Below are positions 1 through 8,534 of a stretch of 64,000 nt of DNA, piece by piece. The position numbers were made by a program, and so were the translations under genes. Source of the stretch: a virus; IMG/VR virus record IMGVR_UViG_3300045988_125846, positions 32,001 through 96,000 of that record; one strand, 5' to 3'. The notes beneath the pieces were generated by a model. It did no database searches and was not told the origin of the DNA. It saw only the letters and a program-made list of their open reading frames with translations. Every line of letters begins with the position of its first letter. Position 1 is the first letter of the stretch.

Positions 1-145
1 ACGGCTTATGGAATCCTCTTGTAAATGTGTGAAACGCCTTTCCGTCAATTCTGATAGCAACTGGGCATCTTCTCATTAATTTTGTCTTAGGAATCTACTC
101 ATAAAATGTCTTCATCCTAACGCCTAAATCATCATGTACTGGCAT
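1..145 (-). CDS. Thg1-like protein (tRNA 3'-5' nucleotidyltransferase family), N-terminal 48 codons; gene runs off the window start; in-frame TAG at 95-97
   Basis: Own translation from ATG 143-145 (SD GAGAGG upstream): MPVHDDLGVRMKTFYE*IPKTKLMRRCPVAIRIDGKAFHTFTRGFHKP. RMKxYE followed by RIDGKAFHxFT matches the conserved Thg1/TLP N-terminus. Confidence 0.6.
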
Positions 146-178
146 ATATGTACCTCTCTTTCATTATGTTATGCTCTC

Positions 179-1072
179 TTAACCATTCTTTGAAACATCC
201 TCTAAAACAGGCTTTTCGTTGATAATCTCATGTAAGACCACAATAACAAGACCGTCATGGAATTCAACTTCATATTTGTCATAGATATTAGTATCAATAA
301 GTAAATGAACATCAATATCATTCTCAAATCCAATATCTTCAACTTTATGTTCACCTTTGATATTCAAATAAGTTTCCTTGGTTCTATTGACAAACTCTGT
401 CTCATATTTAATATTCTCCTTTGGAATACCAATCGCATTATAAATATACATCTTATCTGTTCCTACCTGTGCAACTCTAAAAGCTGCTGTGTAAATATTA
501 AACATATTTTTATTCTCCTTCTTAAATAAACCCAATTCTTTGCTGACTGTTATTGTTTTTCTTAATGCTTCGTCATATCGTCTCATTTCTAAGGAATCCA
601 TTTTGCTATGGTAATAGACAGGTGCCTTTATAAATTGAGCTAATTCTGATTCCTTAATATCTTCGCATTTAATATCTACAACAAATACTCTTTCTTCAAC
701 ATTGCCAAAATTTTCTATTCGTTTATCTTCGATATCGTATGTAATAGTTGTTAAATATGGCATAATTGAATAATTAGCAACATCTCTATCTATTTCACCA
801 TCAATTACTACACCATTAAATTTATGTCCTCGCACATAATCACTAACTTGAAGAACCGTAATACAACTTCCGTTCTCCCACCAAAATCTTGTCTCATGAC
901 TACTGACTCTGTGCTGAACTTGTACAGAAGATGACAATAAATTGGAAATACATTTCGCTGCAATCTCACGTTGAATTTGTGTTCTTACGAATACTCCACA
1001 TTTATATCTCTCATATTGTTCACAGAACCTAATCTGCTTTTCTAATGCTTGTACTAAATTCGTATATATCAA
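179..1072 (-). CDS. hypothetical protein (297 aa)
   Basis: Long ORF in the co-directional array. The track start TTG abuts SD AAGGAGG; an in-frame ATA at 1067-1069 is better spaced. No family recognised. Confidence 0.5.
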   Translation of the reverse strand: MIYTNLVQALEKQIRFCEQYERYKCGVFVRTQIQREIAAKCISNLLSSSVQVQHRVSSHETRFWWENGSCITVLQVSDYVRGHKFNGVVIDGEIDRDVANYSIMPYLTTITYDIEDKRIENFGNVEERVFVVDIKCEDIKESELAQFIKAPVYYHSKMDSLEMRRYDEALRKTITVSKELGLFKKENKNMFNIYTAAFRVAQVGTDKMYIYNAIGIPKENIKYETEFVNRTKETYLNIKGEHKVEDIGFENDIDVHLLIDTNIYDKYEVEFHDGLVIVVLHEIINEKPVLEDVSKNG

Positions 1073-1142
1073 TCCTCCTTATGTATATTCTCCAAAAGAA
1101 ATCGAAAATTACTGTGCTTTTTCACTCACAGAAAGCCTTATT

Positions 1143-1796
1143 TTATAGGTTTTTTGAAAAGTCAACATAAATGATTTCATGCTCACCTTTGATTTTTGAC
1201 TCAATTTCTTCAAATGAATATTCATATTTATTACCAACAACAATAATGTCAGCTTCAATGGTGTCTAACTCTTCATGAGCGTCTGTCTCATATACTGTTT
1301 TTGCTCGATCTGAATTAGCAATAATTCCTGCAATATAGCTCTTACCTAATCCACTATCACCTTTGAAAATCCAAACAGGTCTTTTATCCATTGCACGATT
1401 TGTTTCTGTAAATAATTCTTCCGTAATTCCAGCATCGCCATTTGGATACCAGTAGTCATCGCCATCGCCATCTACATGAAAAATATCATTCTCGGCATTA
1501 TAGATAGTATCTTCAAAGTCTCCTTCTTTTGTTCCAATTTCAAAAGATAAATCTTTGATTGGTTTATGTGTTGAGCCAATAAACGAATCTACAAGTTTGA
1601 CTTCGCAATGTCCCCATGATGCACTACACCAACCACTAGGACAATCACCGTATTCAGTCCAAAGCGATACTTCATATTTTAAATTATTCTCCGAAATACA
1701 ATTTAAGATATATTTAGAATTGTCTTCAAAATCATCATCTCTATTGTTGTATGTACGAATATGTTCTATTCTTAATGAATGTACTTTTAATTTCAT
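1143..1796 (-). CDS. hypothetical protein with C-terminal P-loop NTPase-like motif
   Basis: Track ORF 1143-1883 trimmed to ATG 1794-1796, which is preceded by AGAGAGG. Walker A-like VWIFKGDSGLGKSY, then DIIVVG. Confidence 0.5.
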   Translation of the reverse strand: MKLKVHSLRIEHIRTYNNRDDDFEDNSKYILNCISENNLKYEVSLWTEYGDCPSGWCSASWGHCEVKLVDSFIGSTHKPIKDLSFEIGTKEGDFEDTIYNAENDIFHVDGDGDDYWYPNGDAGITEELFTETNRAMDKRPVWIFKGDSGLGKSYIAGIIANSDRAKTVYETDAHEELDTIEADIIVVGNKYEYSFEEIESKIKGEHEIIYVDFSKNL

Positions 1797-1850
1797 ATCT
1801 ACCTCTCTTTCTAATCTCCAAGGAAACCGATATTTCTTGTCCTTTTTATC

Positions 1851-1893
1851 ACTATATATAGTAGTTTTAATTTGCCTAACCACTATATATAGT
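1851..1893. promoter_or_regulatory. pair of ACTATATATAGT palindromic boxes, 31 bp centre to centre
   Basis: Exact 12-bp palindrome at 1851-1862 and 1882-1893, 55-97 nt upstream of the ATG at 1796. The same paired architecture occurs at 22796-22838 and 30834-30877. Confidence 0.5.
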
Positions 1894-1937
1894 ATGTGTT
1901 TTTATGAAATATACTACCTATTGTATTATTCTCTCTT

Positions 1938-2345
1938 TTATTTCAATAAAGCAGCAATCTCATCAATTTCCAGCTCTGTTTTCTTATCATCAGAAAGCAA
2001 CTTGTCCAACTTGCTCTCCATTTTCTTCAAATCAGACTCTTCTTTCTTCAGACCAGATACCTCTAACTTACTCTTAATATCTTTAATCCATGCTGTCACA
2101 CTGTATCCTGAAATTTCAAAATCAGCCATATTAAGATCCTTGGCAGACATTAAATATGAATTCAATCTAATCAAAAGTAACAACAACGCATCATCTGAAC
2201 ACACGTTGAGATTAATTGTCATCCCATCCATATTAAGAACACAATTTGTTTCAGGAATAAATCTGATTTTCTTCTCAGAAATTGATTTCTTTTTTGTCTC
2301 AATCTGTTTCTTTAATTCTAAAATTCTGTCATCGTTTTTACTCAT
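1938..2345 (-). CDS. hypothetical protein (135 aa, Lys/Glu-rich, probably coiled coil)
   Basis: ORF in array; its start overlaps the stop of the upstream gene (ATGA). No family recognised. Confidence 0.5.
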   Translation of the reverse strand: MSKNDDRILELKKQIETKKKSISEKKIRFIPETNCVLNMDGMTINLNVCSDDALLLLLIRLNSYLMSAKDLNMADFEISGYSVTAWIKDIKSKLEVSGLKKEESDLKKMESKLDKLLSDDKKTELEIDEIAALLK

Positions 2346-3535
2346 TTAATTTCATACTCCTTTTTATATTCTCTACCATTTGCTAAATATTTTTGAATAT
2401 ACATCGGCTTCATCACTTCAAAAATCTTTTCTAACGTAACTGGAATCATATGTTTTTCTTCTATGTCTTTATATGGATAACGGTTTGATTTAACCATTTT
2501 AGATGTAGTCGGAAAAATATCGGTTACTTCAACATATTCTGTATAAGAACCCCAATAAGTATTATTTGATATGTTCTCCTTTTGACGAACAATAAATAGA
2601 TCTTTACCTTTTTCTATTGGCTGAACATCAAACTCATATTTACAACCATTGTAATATTCGCTTATAAAATTCCCTCTTCTCCAATAGTCTGTGTTTGGCG
2701 TTTTCTTAAATTCATCAAAGGTGAAATATTTATATTCATTTTTTGAACTGTCGTATGGAGAATACTCACAGTTTATTTCTAAATTATTGTAGATATTTGC
2801 ATATTTTTCACTGCATTTGTTATCAATACATTTGATAAGTTTATTCTTTGGTAAAGATTTATAATGTTCAAAAATACCATTATGCCAAAACCAAAAATGT
2901 TTACCTTTATTTGTTCCCTCCCAATAGTCAAAAGCTTCAAATTTACCCATATAAATCCAGTTCTCATCATCTTTTGTAAGATATGTAGCACCGATAATTA
3001 AATCTTTTGCTTTAATGGTTTCATTGTTATGAATAATTTTATTAAACTCACTAATTTGCTTATAGTCAGGTGACTCGACTGGCATAAGAACTAAATCCTT
3101 ACCATCCCATCCATATATAAATTCTCCTTCAAGTCCCTTACCCTTGATACAATTCGCATTTTCGAGAATGTATAACAAATTTTCAATAGTAATTTCAAAT
3201 TCAAATCCTCTTGGATCATATACTCTACAATAAGCATGTCTGTGATCCCAACCTGTAGAATAATCACCTGCTTTTTTATTAAGTACAAATCCTTCAGTTG
3301 GAACATTATCATATTCATCATTTGGAATATTCTTATCTCGCCAACCATTCCACGAAGTCTCTTTTCGCAACTTACCCTTCTCATCATAGTAGATTATATA
3401 AGCAAGTTTTCCTGTGTATGTTCCTGAACGATTCTGATAACCAACATTAATCGTTTTTGGAATAAAAATACTACTGTTCAATCTATTGCTTTCTCCTTTC
3501 TTTTCGTAAACCTTATGTATATAAGCTATTAACAT
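2342..3535 (-). CDS. hypothetical protein (397 aa)
   Basis: Long ORF in array; weak SD at the annotated ATG. No family recognised. Confidence 0.5.
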   Translation of the reverse strand: MLIAYIHKVYEKKGESNRLNSSIFIPKTINVGYQNRSGTYTGKLAYIIYYDEKGKLRKETSWNGWRDKNIPNDEYDNVPTEGFVLNKKAGDYSTGWDHRHAYCRVYDPRGFEFEITIENLLYILENANCIKGKGLEGEFIYGWDGKDLVLMPVESPDYKQISEFNKIIHNNETIKAKDLIIGATYLTKDDENWIYMGKFEAFDYWEGTNKGKHFWFWHNGIFEHYKSLPKNKLIKCIDNKCSEKYANIYNNLEINCEYSPYDSSKNEYKYFTFDEFKKTPNTDYWRRGNFISEYYNGCKYEFDVQPIEKGKDLFIVRQKENISNNTYWGSYTEYVEVTDIFPTTSKMVKSNRYPYKDIEEKHMIPVTLEKIFEVMKPMYIQKYLANGREYKKEYEIK

Positions 3536-3584
3536 ATAGTAACTATCTGATTGATTACTCTTTCAGAATACTTTCTATATATTG

Positions 3585-4004
3585 TTATTCATCAGCCTTC
3601 TCATTCTCACCTTTCTGTAATAATGTAACACTAATTTTTACGATAATATCTGTTCCTGATAAATAGCATCCAGATAAATACACAATCGGCATATTGGCAT
3701 CATCATAAGATCTGTTGTATAATTCTTCTTTTATAATATTCTCCATAAAATCATACACTATTTTATATGTACAGTTATTTGTTGGAAGAGTATATCTTTT
3801 TCTATTTTTCCATAAATCTATTCTCTCTTTTGTATACGGATTGTATGCTTCATCAGAATCGCCTAACCACGCATATCTACATTCCAAGTGTGCAATTAAA
3901 TTCTTATCAATTTCTTCCAAGGCATTTTGAATTGCTTCCTGTACAACATATTCAATCAAATTGGCTCTTGAACCTTTATCGAAAATTATATTCCTGCTAT
4001 CCAT
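3585..4004 (-). CDS. hypothetical protein (139 aa)
   Basis: ORF with SD AAAGGAG and the recurrent upstream element at 4024-4049. Confidence 0.5.
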   Translation of the reverse strand: MDSRNIIFDKGSRANLIEYVVQEAIQNALEEIDKNLIAHLECRYAWLGDSDEAYNPYTKERIDLWKNRKRYTLPTNNCTYKIVYDFMENIIKEELYNRSYDDANMPIVYLSGCYLSGTDIIVKISVTLLQKGENEKADE

Positions 4005-4049
4005 TTAATCTCCTTTCAAATTTCCACAAGAAACGAATCTTTCTTGTCC

Positions 4050-5141
4050 TCAGTTCACATCATTATGTGTTTCGCCATCTGAGTAATAAATGTTCCAATC
4101 CTTGAATAACTCAATCAACTTATCGTTATCCCAATCATATTCATTACAATGCGTAATGGCGATTGATTTTTTATCTCCGAAATCTTTTACATCATTAGAA
4201 CATCTACTATATAATTCTCCTAAATCCAATGTTCCATATCTCAATGTATCCTGGAATGGGTTTGGTATATTTGTTTTGTCAAACATATATTCATTGATAA
4301 ATCTCTTATTACATTCAGATGGAAATTTACCAGCACCATGTCTTGTTAAATAAGTACGAGATACATAACAAGTTTCAATATTTATCTCATCATTCCATTC
4401 AACATTTTCAATTATTCTCTTGGGATTTTTAATACCTGTATTAGACGGTGTTAAATGTGGAAAATATTCTGTGTTGTTCTGATCAAGCAATAAACCTTGT
4501 GCAGCTTCAAATACAATATTGTCAAACTGATTTAAGAAATAATTATCTGATATAGCCAATGAGTGATTATTCATAAAATCCCAATCATCTAAAAAGTGTT
4601 CAAATATACCATTATCAAAGAATATTCTTGACCATTCATCTGTTAATATGATATTCTCTCTTTCAAATTGTTCTAAGTAATATTCCCTGATATGATAATC
4701 CACATCAGTTATGCCAACTTTATATCTTTTAATCGTTTCAAAGATTCCTAAGCCACAACTACCGTGTTTATTTTTTCCACGATTTTCTTCAATAATCTGA
4801 TTTGCCATCATATCAAAAGGTGTTGTCAGCATACAATTTTGATTGATATAAACATTCGGAATATATCCTAATTTCATCAATTCATCATATTCCTGCTTAA
4901 AAATAATTGGATTAACAATAAAATCCTCAGATAAATATGTACTTGCATGATTGAATGTTCCAGATCCAAAATGATGAAAGACATGTCTGATTCCATCAGG
5001 CGTTGTTACGGTATGTCCTCTCTGAGCACCACCATTTGAACAAACAACAATACTATTAGGTTTCTGTGAGAAATAATCTGTCATTAATCCTTTTCCACAA
5101 TCTCCAAAGTTAGCACCTATCACAATCTTAATGTCTTTCAT
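4050..5141 (-). CDS. short-form adenylosuccinate synthetase-like protein (PurA/PurZ family candidate)
   Basis: N-terminal GANFGDCGKG (compare PurA GDEGKGK P-loop), NGGAQRGHT (compare GGHNAGHT) and HGSCGLGI (compare TTGRGIG). 363 aa, like archaeal/PurZ-type enzymes rather than the ~430-aa bacterial PurA. Confidence 0.7.
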   Translation of the reverse strand: MKDIKIVIGANFGDCGKGLMTDYFSQKPNSIVVCSNGGAQRGHTVTTPDGIRHVFHHFGSGTFNHASTYLSEDFIVNPIIFKQEYDELMKLGYIPNVYINQNCMLTTPFDMMANQIIEENRGKNKHGSCGLGIFETIKRYKVGITDVDYHIREYYLEQFERENIILTDEWSRIFFDNGIFEHFLDDWDFMNNHSLAISDNYFLNQFDNIVFEAAQGLLLDQNNTEYFPHLTPSNTGIKNPKRIIENVEWNDEINIETCYVSRTYLTRHGAGKFPSECNKRFINEYMFDKTNIPNPFQDTLRYGTLDLGELYSRCSNDVKDFGDKKSIAITHCNEYDWDNDKLIELFKDWNIYYSDGETHNDVN

Positions 5142-5158
5142 CTCTTAAATCTCCTATC

Positions 5159-6037
5159 CTACCAAGTAATTCCTTCTGAGTTAGAAGGTGTAGTAACTGT
5201 ATCTGTAACATTATTCTCTGCTTCACTAACAATAATATCTACAATCTCATTTGTAATACTATCCATAGTTACTCTTCTAAAGTGTGTATCATCAAGATAC
5301 TTCTTGTAAGACTTCTCAATTTCTTCTTCATCCCATCTGTAACCATGATTTACATCTAAATGATAAATGTTAAACTTCTGAGAAGCCTCTTCGTATAAAT
5401 CCTTAGTTTCTACGTCAGACTGAAGATTATCCCCTGTAACCTCTGATAAACCATGACCTCTACCCTTAAATGGAAGATATGGATTTAACTGCTCATCACC
5501 CATCGTAATAATAATTCCTTTTCTTCCACGATTTAGACAATCAAGCTTTGTATGGCGAGAACCGAAATACCATGCTGCTGTGTAGGATTCATAGCTGTTT
5601 CCACCACCGCCAAATTCAAAATAAATCTTGTCAAGCTGTTCAGCAATACGAATATCTGACTCAAACTGTGAAGCCTGAATTGGACAGCTATCACAAGCTA
5701 AGTCACCAATACCCATGATAAGGAATTCAACATCTGTAACCTTTTCATATAACTTAGTCATAATTACATTCAACTTCTTTGCTACCTCAACAGCAGCCTG
5801 TCCCATAGAACCAGTTACATCAAGTGCAAGAATAACTGGAATTGTGTTTGGATGTTCCTCTGTATCGCAACACTCTCTAATAACATTCTTAGGATCAAGT
5901 GCAGAATCAATATTTCTTGCCTTAAACATATCCTGATTAGAATAAGAACCTCTAATCATACCATCCGTTGAAACACTCATACCCTTTGTTGTTGAATAAC
6001 TTACATAACTATCTCTTGTCCATGAACCGCATCCCAT
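5159..6037 (-). CDS. von Willebrand factor A (vWA) domain protein, TerY-like
   Basis: MIDAS-like VILALDVTGSMG, then later IIITMGDEQ. Ends in TAG, followed by the SD of the next gene. Confidence 0.65.
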   Translation of the reverse strand: MGCGSWTRDSYVSYSTTKGMSVSTDGMIRGSYSNQDMFKARNIDSALDPKNVIRECCDTEEHPNTIPVILALDVTGSMGQAAVEVAKKLNVIMTKLYEKVTDVEFLIMGIGDLACDSCPIQASQFESDIRIAEQLDKIYFEFGGGGNSYESYTAAWYFGSRHTKLDCLNRGRKGIIITMGDEQLNPYLPFKGRGHGLSEVTGDNLQSDVETKDLYEEASQKFNIYHLDVNHGYRWDEEEIEKSYKKYLDDTHFRRVTMDSITNEIVDIIVSEAENNVTDTVTTPSNSEGITW

Positions 6038-6038
6038 A

Positions 6039-6656
6039 TTATGCTTCCTCCTCTTCGTCTACTTCTGTATCATCGTCATCATTACCACTCATATCAAAGT
6101 CGAACATTCCGTCAAACATGTCCCCCATATTTCCACCCATCATCATAAATGGTAACATAGAACTCATTCCACCATTTCCATTCATCATGCCAGTAGAGCC
6201 ATTGTCACCTTTCATCATCTGAGAAAGCATCATATACTTTAAGATATTGTTTGTGCCTTTCTTACCATTGATAATGTCACTACCAAACATTGAAACAATC
6301 TTGCCATAAAAATATGTATTGCCCATAAATACATGTCTTTCAGGAAGTACGGTTTCGATTGTTGAGTCCTCATAATTAATGACCGTAATCTTTGTCTTAT
6401 CAGCTTCAATAACACATCTAGGCTTGCCATTTACAAGAATAATGTCACCCTTCTCTACCTTATTAGTTGGAATAATAAAGAAGAATTCCTCTCCAATATC
6501 AAATACAAAATTACTACAGTTTGTGAGCTTGCCAGTCTTGATGTTATATGTCTTGTAACCACCATTTGTCTTAACTGCAATACCACCATTCATAGAAAGT
6601 CTACACATTCCACTTCCTACTTTGCCAAACATACCATTTAAAAAATTGTTCATCAT
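6039..6656 (-). CDS. hypothetical protein with Met/Gly-rich segment and acidic C-terminal tail
   Basis: ORF in array, 1-nt gap to the vWA gene. C-terminus MMMGGNMGDMFDGMFDFDMSGNDDDDTEVDEEEEA. Confidence 0.5.
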   Translation of the reverse strand: MMNNFLNGMFGKVGSGMCRLSMNGGIAVKTNGGYKTYNIKTGKLTNCSNFVFDIGEEFFFIIPTNKVEKGDIILVNGKPRCVIEADKTKITVINYEDSTIETVLPERHVFMGNTYFYGKIVSMFGSDIINGKKGTNNILKYMMLSQMMKGDNGSTGMMNGNGGMSSMLPFMMMGGNMGDMFDGMFDFDMSGNDDDDTEVDEEEEA

Positions 6657-6709
6657 ATTTATTTCCTCCTATAATATAAAAATTATTGTTTACAAATATT
6701 TATTCTCTA

Positions 6710-7441
6710 TTATTCCTCTGAATATTTACTCCAATCAATCTCTACATACTGCTTATAACATGGATAATATGTAGTAGCTCCTGTCTGATCTTTACACCAG
6801 ATATCTAACAAATTTTGCAGACCACCAATATCACATTGTTCATAAGCGTCTTCATGTAACTCTTCGCAAGCATTGTCAACTACATTATCAGCATCAATAT
6901 GAATATTTTCTACACTGCATACCCATAATCTCTCAGGTTTTGTATATACTTCTTCGTCCAAATAATTCACTGCATAATCATCAAAGAAATCATCAACTGT
7001 GTCGTAATACTTGTCAAACTCTTCACAGTAAAGCATTGTGTCTACATCTTTTTCTTCAACTGGAACTGCTTTAGAAACTTTCTCATTCCACTTCTTTATT
7101 CTCTCTTCTTCGTCAGATTTCTTCTGTCCTTCGCAGTCACAATGCATATATCCTTGATTCTTATATGGTTGTCCACAATAAGGGCACAAACTTTGTACTC
7201 CATTAAAACAACTCTGGCAGAATGAAAGTGCTTGATGCTTATATGGAAAATGATATTTTCTGCCAGCTTCAGAGTTGTCACCTTCAATCCCATAAACATT
7301 ATCTGAAATTCTCATTCCAAGACCATTGCAAACAGGACAAATTCTTTCATGTTCTGTTAGATCCTTGATAAGAATTTTAGGAAAAGATTTCTGAATTGCT
7401 TCATGAAGATTTACTTCTTCTCTACGTGTTAAATTATCCAT
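6710..7441 (-). CDS. Cys-rich zinc-finger protein (DnaJ-type CxxCxGxG-like motif)
   Basis: Track ORF trimmed to ATG 7439-7441, which follows SD GTGGAG. Motifs CPVCNGLGMR, CQSCFNG and CPYCGQ. Confidence 0.5.
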   Translation of the reverse strand: MDNLTRREEVNLHEAIQKSFPKILIKDLTEHERICPVCNGLGMRISDNVYGIEGDNSEAGRKYHFPYKHQALSFCQSCFNGVQSLCPYCGQPYKNQGYMHCDCEGQKKSDEEERIKKWNEKVSKAVPVEEKDVDTMLYCEEFDKYYDTVDDFFDDYAVNYLDEEVYTKPERLWVCSVENIHIDADNVVDNACEELHEDAYEQCDIGGLQNLLDIWCKDQTGATTYYPCYKQYVEIDWSKYSEE

Positions 7442-7445
7442 AATG

Positions 7446-7634
7446 TTATTCTCCACTATTCCTGTTCAATCTATCAATTTTATCTTTTTCGCTATCAGCT
7501 CTATTGAATGGAATAACTCTTCCGTCCTCAATGCAAGTAATCATTACGACATTTGCTTTATTGTCTATTGCGTCAAATTGTTCTTTGTGAACTCTAACTG
7601 TTCTTATTGAACTAAAATCTACTGTAAAAGACAT
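7446..7634 (-). CDS. small conserved hypothetical protein, paralog A (62 aa)
   Basis: About 85 percent amino-acid identity to the ORF at 18149-18334 (MSFxVDFSSIRTVRVHKxQFDxIDNKANVVM). Confidence 0.6.
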   Translation of the reverse strand: MSFTVDFSSIRTVRVHKEQFDAIDNKANVVMITCIEDGRVIPFNRADSEKDKIDRLNRNSGE

Positions 7635-7773
7635 ATAATACCTCCAATCTGTCCAAATGAAAGAAAAATTTCTTCCTATCTACTTATACATCTCATAAGT
7701 TTGTCATAATGCATGTCAATACAATCTTTAAATTCTTTTGTACACATACCATCTCTATAATTCAGTTCATTAT

Positions 7774-8103
7774 CTATAACAATATCAGAACCATAATATC
7801 CATTAGCTTACCCTTATGGATATAAATTTCATCCTTGTTGCTATCGAGGCAATAACAGATATATGGATCATATTTATATGTAGGTTCTATACCAAATAAA
7901 ATCCTAAATCCATCTTTTCGTAAACTCATGCTAAAATCAAAGCCACCAATTTCCTCAAAATCTTTTACTGATTTTAATATATCGTCAAAGAATGCTTTTA
8001 CAGCATTATTAAACTTATCATTATCTGTCCATTCATTGTTAAATATTTCAGGTGATGAATTTCCTAGTCCTGTGTGTACATTACCATTTAATCTTCGTCT
8101 CAA
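7774..8103 (-). CDS. hypothetical protein
   Basis: Track ORF 7774-8151. The probable start is TTG at 8101-8103, 8 nt after AAAGGAG. The start is uncertain. Confidence 0.4.
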   Translation of the reverse strand: MRRRLNGNVHTGLGNSSPEIFNNEWTDNDKFNNAVKAFFDDILKSVKDFEEIGGFDFSMSLRKDGFRILFGIEPTYKYDPYICYCLDSNKDEIYIHKGKLMDIMVLILL

Positions 8104-8175
8104 TATATTCTCTCCTTTCAAAATCAAAATCCACCTTGAAGACCACTCCAATCAGTGTTACATCTGTTAAATTCT

Positions 8176-8511
8176 TCATGCTCTACCTTCGTAATAACCT
8201 CGTTCACGAAGTTCTTTTTCAAAATATTCTACAAATGCCCAATTACAATCTATGCCATCTCCATCCGTAGAGCATTTATTTCCACATTCTTCACAAATGT
8301 TACAATCATATCCATAAGGATAATTTTTATTAACTATTGGAGATGTTCTGATAATATCTGCAATTTGCCACAAAATATCATGATGCCACGGAGTTGTATC
8401 AAGAATAAAATATTTTGGATTTTCTATATTATCTTGCTTCAATACCTTATTTATAACTGATAGTTTATACTCTAAATTTTCTTTTTCTTTTAATAATTGT
8501 TTCCTTGTCAT
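8176..8511 (-). CDS. hypothetical protein (111 aa, Cys-rich centre)
   Basis: ORF with SD GAGGAGA. No family recognised. Confidence 0.5.
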   Translation of the reverse strand: MTRKQLLKEKENLEYKLSVINKVLKQDNIENPKYFILDTTPWHHDILWQIADIIRTSPIVNKNYPYGYDCNICEECGNKCSTDGDGIDCNWAFVEYFEKELRERGYYEGRA

Positions 8512-8534
8512 TGTCTCCTCTAATTATTTATTCT

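Noticed and set aside
1555-2349. Plus-strand ORFs throughout the window (for example 1555-2349, 18030-18449, 22500-22862, 34368-34700, 35130-35534, 37920-38306, 42671-43126, 61059-61364).
   Set aside because: All lie antisense to longer, motif-supported minus-strand genes. Their translations are low-complexity Ser/Leu/Phe/Ile-rich sequence typical of shadow frames in AT-rich DNA, and none has an SD. The only plus-strand gene I accept is the RHH ORF at 42100-42270.
2779-3387. Minus-strand ORFs nested out of frame inside larger genes (2779-2991, 3091-3387, 6239-6430, 7096-7299, 23860-24063, 31037-31324, 31412-31636, 32384-32602, 46395-46613, 48630-48854, 51313-51510, 53877-54137, 55576-55812).
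   Set aside because: They are fully contained in longer ORFs with recognisable domains or better SD context, and there is no independent support for them.
4050-5141. Calling the PurA-like gene purZ outright.
   Set aside because: No MazZ, DatZ or DpoZ partners are visible in the window, and two N6-adenine methyltransferases argue that adenine is retained. It is reported as a candidate only.
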